64,000 nucleotides of DNA, taken from the NCBI GenBank assembly GCA_963808795.1, contig CAWEGL010000001.1, forward strand, positions 127,381 to 191,380, read 5' to 3'. Below, piece by piece: positions 59,041 to 64,000 of the stretch. The stretch is from an uncultured Acidobacteriota bacterium. GTDB lineage: Bacteria > Acidobacteriota > Terriglobia > Terriglobales > Acidobacteriaceae. The stretch's first letter is position 1, and the number at the start of each line of letters is the position of its first letter. Both the position numbers and the translations under genes were made by a program. The notes under the pieces are model-generated. The model was not told the origin of the DNA and ran no database searches. It saw only the letters and a list, made by a program, of their open reading frames with translations.

Positions 59041-59874
59041 TCACGCATCCGCTCTGCCTTCGTGCAGTGGTGCAGCGCGGTCGAAGTCTTCGACCAGACC
59101 CGACCAGTATTCAAGACGCCTCTGGCAGCGCGAGCAGATCGCCAGGTGCTTTGCTCGTTCGGTCAGGAAGAGCTTGCGGACATCAAACGCAAACGCGCGG
59201 ATCTCGTCATCCGTGTAACATGCAAAATCCACCTCCTGAAATGGAGATCGAGCCGACGCAGCCGCCAACAGCTCCGCTTTCCGCCTGGCCACCATGTCCT
59301 CGAAGTGAATCCGCCGGCTCGGCGCCTTCACCCAAAGCGTATCGTCCTGCGCCCAAAGGTCTTCGAGCAGGGCGCTGGCATTGAGAGCGAGGTAGCGGAC
59401 GGCATCGTCTCTTCCTCCGAACGCCTTCCCCTGGTCTGCAAGCGCGGCACACGCAATCTTCGCAAGCCCGACGATCTCCTCGTCGGCGAACGATCGGGCA
59501 AGCTCGCGAAAATCTCTGATTTCTTCCCGCGCGATTTCCGCAAATTCCGAATCTCGACGTGCGACCACTGCTACATCGGAGGTCAGCGCCGGCAGTTCAA
59601 TCATCGTTCCGGGAGCCGCCTCCCACGCCGGATGGTTGGAGGTGTACATGCCGGGATCGAAGATTTCGAGCAGCGAATCCTTGCGGTCCTCCGGACCGCG
59701 AAAGCGGTTCAGCAGGTCGAGAAACCAGATCAACTGCGATGGACTGAACTCCCGGGAAGCAGCCCCCGCGGCGTCTTCCCGCCAGGTGTCGAAACTTTCC
59801 ATCAGCGAGCTCGGCACTTGAAATCGATTCAGTTCTTTGATCATTTCCTGAATGTCCGTGGTTGGATTCTGCAT
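59041..59874 (-). CDS. Hypothetical soluble protein with a C-terminal ZAS-like motif
   Basis: CYTDDEIRAFA...KHLAICSRC. Confidence 0.6.
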   Translation of the reverse strand: MQNPTTDIQEMIKELNRFQVPSSLMESFDTWREDAAGAASREFSPSQLIWFLDLLNRFRGPEDRKDSLLEIFDPGMYTSNHPAWEAAPGTMIELPALTSDVAVVARRDSEFAEIAREEIRDFRELARSFADEEIVGLAKIACAALADQGKAFGGRDDAVRYLALNASALLEDLWAQDDTLWVKAPSRRIHFEDMVARRKAELLAAASARSPFQEVDFACYTDDEIRAFAFDVRKLFLTERAKHLAICSRCQRRLEYWSGLVEDFDRAAPLHEGRADA

Positions 59875-59923
59875 GACTGGGGTCCCTCTTAGGGGTCTGT
59901 TTTCCCACGGAATCCCGCCTCTG

Positions 59924-61486
59924 TCAAATGGCCCTGGAACCGAGCCGATCCCCCTCCCGGAAGCTCCTCAAATTACGGCGCTTGCCGCGAAACTCAATCA
60001 GACAGCTTCCCCGCATCCCAACCTGCGGAGCAAGATCCCAGCACAGGGCTTCGAGGCTAAACCTCCCTTGTCTGATCCGTACCCACCGATTCTTCAAGTT
60101 GACGATCTCGATCGCACGCAGCAGGAATATGGGGGCAGGGTTTCCTTCGCCGAACGGCTCGAGCAGCGCGAGCTGTTCATCGAAGTGTTTGCCCGCCGTC
60201 ACCAGCACCAGTTCCGCGTCCTCACGGATCTGATGGTTGCGATCCAAATTGAGACTGCCAACGAAGGAGGTCAATTCTCTGGCGAATGCTTCAATCTGGC
60301 CGATAGGCATAGTCAGTCCGACAGCCTGGGCATGGCCGCCGAACCGTTTGAAGAATCCACGGAACAGTTCAAGCGCGTCCGCCAGATCGAAACCAGCCAC
60401 GCTCCTGCCCGATCCGACCACGAGACCCGGTTCCGGCGACGGCGCCAGCACAATGCTTGGCACCCGGAAGCGTTCGACGCACTTGGCGGCGAGCAGCCCG
60501 GCGATGCCTTTGGGACAGGACTCCCGGTAAAGCACGAGAGCGGATGGGGCCGGCTGCGGAATCTCCGCGCACAGACCACCAAAATGGGCTGCCACGAGCT
60601 GGCGCCGCTGCTGGTTGAGCTGATCCAGTCCCTCGACGCTCCTGCGTGCGGAGTCCTCGTCTCTTGCCGCCTCGAAGACCGACAGCGCGCGTGCCGGATG
60701 GTCGATCCGCCCGGCAGCATTGATGCGCGGCGCGACTCCGAATGCCAGGTCGTTCGAATCGGGGCTCGCCGGGTCGGCACAAGAAACCCGCAGTAGCTCT
60801 CGAAGGCCACAATTCTCGGCGTGACCGAGTTCGCGCATTCCCAATCGTGCCAGGGTCCGAGTCCCGTGGAGCAGCGGAACACAATCGGCAATCGAAGCGA
60901 TTGCAGCATACTGGCTTACCGCCGACCGCAGACCCTCGACTCGCTTGTCCTTCCAGCCGGCTCGACGAGCTAAAGCAATTGCGAACAGGGCTGCAAGGCC
61001 CGCGCCGCAGAACTCCTGCGACCAAACAGCGATTGTCTTCGCCTGTTCCTGAATGCGGTGATGGTCGATGACGATCACATCTACACCCAGCCGCTGCGCG
61101 AGCATAATCTCTCGCTGCGCGTTGATGCCGTTGTCGACTGTGATCAGCAGGTCGGTGCCGCTCAGGGAGAATTTGTGGACCTCCCACGAGCTGAGACCAT
61201 ATCCCTCGTCTCTGTGCGGCAGATACGCCCGCGCCTGAACGCCGAGGCTGGCCAGAACCGAACGCAAAATGTGAGTTCCGAGGATCCCATCGCAGTCATA
61301 GTCCCCGAAGACCGTGATTCGCTGCTTCTCCCGGACTGCCGAAAGGACGCGATCGACAGCCTGCGTCATCCCAGGAATCGATTCCGGATCGGGAAGATCA
61401 TTCCAGGACGGGGGTTGAATGAAGGAATCAATGTCCTCGATCCCGCGGGCGATGAGGACGTCGAGCAGTGGCTGACACAGAAACAT
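59924..61486 (-). CDS. recJ: RecJ-like DHH ssDNA exonuclease
   Basis: GDYDCDG, ITVDNG, IDHH, PRINAAGR, GSGRS, FGGH. Confidence 0.92.
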   Translation of the reverse strand: MFLCQPLLDVLIARGIEDIDSFIQPPSWNDLPDPESIPGMTQAVDRVLSAVREKQRITVFGDYDCDGILGTHILRSVLASLGVQARAYLPHRDEGYGLSSWEVHKFSLSGTDLLITVDNGINAQREIMLAQRLGVDVIVIDHHRIQEQAKTIAVWSQEFCGAGLAALFAIALARRAGWKDKRVEGLRSAVSQYAAIASIADCVPLLHGTRTLARLGMRELGHAENCGLRELLRVSCADPASPDSNDLAFGVAPRINAAGRIDHPARALSVFEAARDEDSARRSVEGLDQLNQQRRQLVAAHFGGLCAEIPQPAPSALVLYRESCPKGIAGLLAAKCVERFRVPSIVLAPSPEPGLVVGSGRSVAGFDLADALELFRGFFKRFGGHAQAVGLTMPIGQIEAFARELTSFVGSLNLDRNHQIREDAELVLVTAGKHFDEQLALLEPFGEGNPAPIFLLRAIEIVNLKNRWVRIRQGRFSLEALCWDLAPQVGMRGSCLIEFRGKRRNLRSFREGDRLGSRAI

Positions 61487-61669
61487 ACCGCCTCCTCACG
61501 GCCCGGATTGGGCGTTTTGTCAGTTGTTGAATTGAGAATTGGGACCAAAGAGATCATCAATTTAGGCTCACGCGTGTATGCTCGGTGTGACCTCTTTGGA
61601 GGTCGATCCAAGGAATCGAATCGCGATTTTCGCGGCTATGGCGACGAAAGGCCTCGGAGGGAATTGGTT

Positions 61670-62737
61670 ATGAGAATTGGATATATCGTTGCCGCTGGAC
61701 TGGTGGCGGCGTCCATGGTGGGCGGAGCGGCGCGGGCGCAGGAGAGCGGACCGTGTAAGGTCACCCGGATTCAACTGACGGGCGGCGAGGGTGGGTGGGA
61801 CTATATCACCGCGGACCCGGACGGGCGGCATTTGTTCGTGGCGCGATCCGGACCGGCGGGGCATATCGGCGTCTACAATCTGGACACGCTGGAGCAGGTG
61901 GGCGACATTCCCGACGTGAGCGCGCACGGCGGCGAGGTGGACACGGAGACGGGGCACGGGTTCGCCACCTCCAACCCGGTGACGATGTTCGACGCGAAGA
62001 CCTTCGCGGTGATCAAGAAGATCGATACGGGGGGCCATCCCGACGGGTATCTGAACGACACGTACAATCACCACTTCTACGTGCTGAGTCACGTGGCTCC
62101 GGAGATCACGGTGCTGGACGATAAGGACGGGAGCATCCTGGGGACCATTGATATCGGCGGCGCGCCGGAAGAGGCGGCGGCGGATGGGCATGGCCGGATT
62201 TACGTGGACATCGTGAACAAGGCGGCGATTGCGGTGATCGACGCCAACACGATGAAGATGGTGGCCAAGTACGATCTGTCGCCGCGGGGCTCGGAATGCG
62301 CGGGGCTGGCGCTCGACGCCGAGAACGGCATCCTGTTTGCGGCGTGCCGCGAGAAGAACAACATGGTGATCCTTTCCGCAGCCGACGGGCATATCATCAC
62401 CGACCTGCCGATCGGGGAGGGTTGCGACGGGGTGACGTTCAATCCCGCAACCATGGAGGCGGTCAGCTCGCAGGGCGACGGAACCATGACGATCATCAAG
62501 GAAGATTCGCCGACGAGCTTCCGGGTGGAGCAGACGGTGTTTACGCCGATGGGGGCGAGGACGCACACGCTGGATCCGAAGACCGGCAATCTCTACACCA
62601 TCACCTCGGAATTCGGGCCGGTGCCGAAGACGCCTCCGGCGAACCTGCCGGCGAACGCGCCTGCATGGATGCGGAGGCCGCGGCCGCCGATGATCCCTCA
62701 CTCGTTCCAGATTCTGGTTATTGGGAAGGGCGAGTAG
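61670..62737 (+). CDS. Exported YncE/YVTN-type beta-propeller protein
   Basis: Signal peptide; GGWDY; repeated propeller blades; GARTHTLDPKT. Confidence 0.85.
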   Translation: MRIGYIVAAGLVAASMVGGAARAQESGPCKVTRIQLTGGEGGWDYITADPDGRHLFVARSGPAGHIGVYNLDTLEQVGDIPDVSAHGGEVDTETGHGFATSNPVTMFDAKTFAVIKKIDTGGHPDGYLNDTYNHHFYVLSHVAPEITVLDDKDGSILGTIDIGGAPEEAAADGHGRIYVDIVNKAAIAVIDANTMKMVAKYDLSPRGSECAGLALDAENGILFAACREKNNMVILSAADGHIITDLPIGEGCDGVTFNPATMEAVSSQGDGTMTIIKEDSPTSFRVEQTVFTPMGARTHTLDPKTGNLYTITSEFGPVPKTPPANLPANAPAWMRRPRPPMIPHSFQILVIGKGE

Positions 62738-62788
62738 CTCGCCTATGCCCTGGGGTCGATTCGGTTCCTGAAGGTCGTGCAGTGACAT

Positions 62789-63394
62789 TTACGCCACGCG
62801 CAGGTGGTCGCCGCGGTAGACTTCGGCGCCGGGAACGGCCACCTGGTTTTGGACAGCCTGTTTGATGGCCTCGTTGTTGGGTGCCGCGTCCTGAATCGAT
62901 GCCATGAGCGGACGACTGAGGTCCTCCGGGAGGCTCTCGATCAATCTTTCCCACAAGGGCCCGTCGATTCGCGCCGCAACGATTCGATAGTGCATCGGTA
63001 CCTGCGTCTCATCGGTGAACCGGACTGAATCCTGACTGTTCTTCTGGATTCGGAGCGTGAATTCTCGGCCTTCGATCTTCTTGAGATCACGGCTCTTGAG
63101 GTAATACATCACCATGTACTTCGTCTGCGTCGATTTGCGCTCGCTGCTGCGAGCGCGCTCCTGTAGTCGAGTTGCTTCGCTCCGGCAGTACTGGATGCGC
63201 GCCTCCATCATGCGGAGGAAGCGTCCAATACGGTCGGCCTTTTCGCTGTGCGCCTCGCAGAACTGCTGGAATCGCTCCATCAATTTGGCAGAAGCCTCAC
63301 CGTGACTCTCGATCTCTTCTTCGATCTCGTCGAGGAAGGTGTCGAGTTCGCGGTCGATTTCAAACAATGAATGTTCCTGCGCCAGTGATGACAT
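62789..63394 (-). CDS. Siphovirus Gp157-family protein
   Basis: SLFEI..EL; coiled coil; KIEG..FTLRIQKN; PNNEAIK.A...V.VPGAEV..G.HLR; AGGAGG RBS. Confidence 0.85.
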   Translation of the reverse strand: MSSLAQEHSLFEIDRELDTFLDEIEEEIESHGEASAKLMERFQQFCEAHSEKADRIGRFLRMMEARIQYCRSEATRLQERARSSERKSTQTKYMVMYYLKSRDLKKIEGREFTLRIQKNSQDSVRFTDETQVPMHYRIVAARIDGPLWERLIESLPEDLSRPLMASIQDAAPNNEAIKQAVQNQVAVPGAEVYRGDHLRVA

Positions 63395-63414
63395 GAGAAA
63401 CCTCCTGCATGCGC

Positions 63415-63448
63415 AAAAAGCCCACGCAGAGAAGGGGCGTGGGCGTTT
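63415..63448 (-). terminator. Intrinsic terminator directly upstream of the gp157 RBS
   Basis: gcccacgc/gcgtgggc stem followed by TTTTT on the minus strand. Confidence 0.7.
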
Positions 63449-63606
63449 CAAAGCCTGTTTGTTGCTTGTTCAGAATTCAGGATGAGTCGGTATCAGCGTT
63501 CTCGAAGCGTTCCGCGAAAGCGACGCATTCGAAAAAACAGAACTCAAGCGCTAGATGAAGCGAAGTGGGGATGCTCAATCCGCCGAGAGTGGCGGCGGAC
63601 TCCGCG

Positions 63607-64000
63607 CTACGGCAAAGACATCTGCCGCCGATGCAACGTGGCGCCCGACTGATCTAATTGTCTCTGCGCACCGTCCACCTGCTCCGGATCGCATCGGGAT
63701 AGAAGATCGTTCAGGTCCGATTCCTTGGTCAACTTGTGAAACGCCTTTTCCGGCGAGAGATAGACGAGAACCGCTTTCTGTTCGTGCAGGAGATTGTGAA
63801 TGTTATTGAGGGTTCCCTTGCTCTTGCCGTCCCAGAACATCACGCCGCAGCGCGCTTCACGAGCCATTGCCAGGTCTTTCTGCGCGAAATAGGAGAAATC
63901 TCGCTTGCCTCCATGATGGGATATCGGGCGAACCTGCCAGTTCCCAACGTTATTTCGGCAATGATCCATACAATAGACGACCACATTGCCGTAGCCTCGA
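63607..64000 (-). CDS. SLOG/DprA-like Rossmann-fold protein, 5' end outside the window
   Basis: CRNNVG.W, F.QKD.AMA, MFWDGKSKGTLNN. Confidence 0.65.
   Translation of the reverse strand, partial: RGYGNVVVYCMDHCRNNVGNWQVRPISHHGGKRDFSYFAQKDLAMAREARCGVMFWDGKSKGTLNNIHNLLHEQKAVLVYLSPEKAFHKLTKESDLNDLLSRCDPEQVDGAQRQLDQSGATLHRRQMSLP

Noticed and set aside
58549-60796. Plus-strand ORFs 58549..59892 and 59852..60796
   Set aside because: They overlap better-supported genes and have no recognisable motifs.

Overview
GC-rich bacterial DNA; several gene families are typical of Acidobacteriota (inference). The window is a mosaic accessory region with three parts. (1) 1-2.7 kb: a frameshifted CHAT (caspase-like) gene plus an S41-fold protein that lacks its catalytic residues. 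(2) About 3-55.6 kb: a redox/sulfur/metal(loid) island. It carries a Cys-rich Crp/Fnr regulator with six TGTGA-N6-TCACA-type boxes spread over 36 kb, a peroxiredoxin, an RND and an ABC efflux system, and an arsR-tusA-mvhD-hdrA-hdrA'-wHTH-qmoC-like-dsrE operon running into gltA and mdh. It also carries a sigma54-driven fadL-sqr-DUF1641-tusE-dsrE2 operon, a fused HgcAB-like corrinoid protein with a coupled methyltransferase, and an ArsR operon encoding a thioredoxin-like protein, a stand-alone HdrA N-terminal domain, a ferredoxin, three DGC Cys proteins (one fused to a lipoyl carrier), a lipoate ligase and a CMD-like protein. (3) 55.8-64 kb: mobile-element-like genes, namely a split membrane-anchored Cas4, an HTH protein, an ECF sigma/anti-sigma pair, a second ZAS-motif protein, RecJ, Gp157 and a SLOG-like protein. 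No rRNA, tRNA, integrase or CRISPR array was recognised. The best candidates for undescribed systems are the lipoyl/DGC/corrinoid module (37.3-45 kb), the Hdr/Qmo-like sulfur complex without apr/dsrAB, and the split Cas4. All family assignments come from motif recognition by eye; no searches were run.
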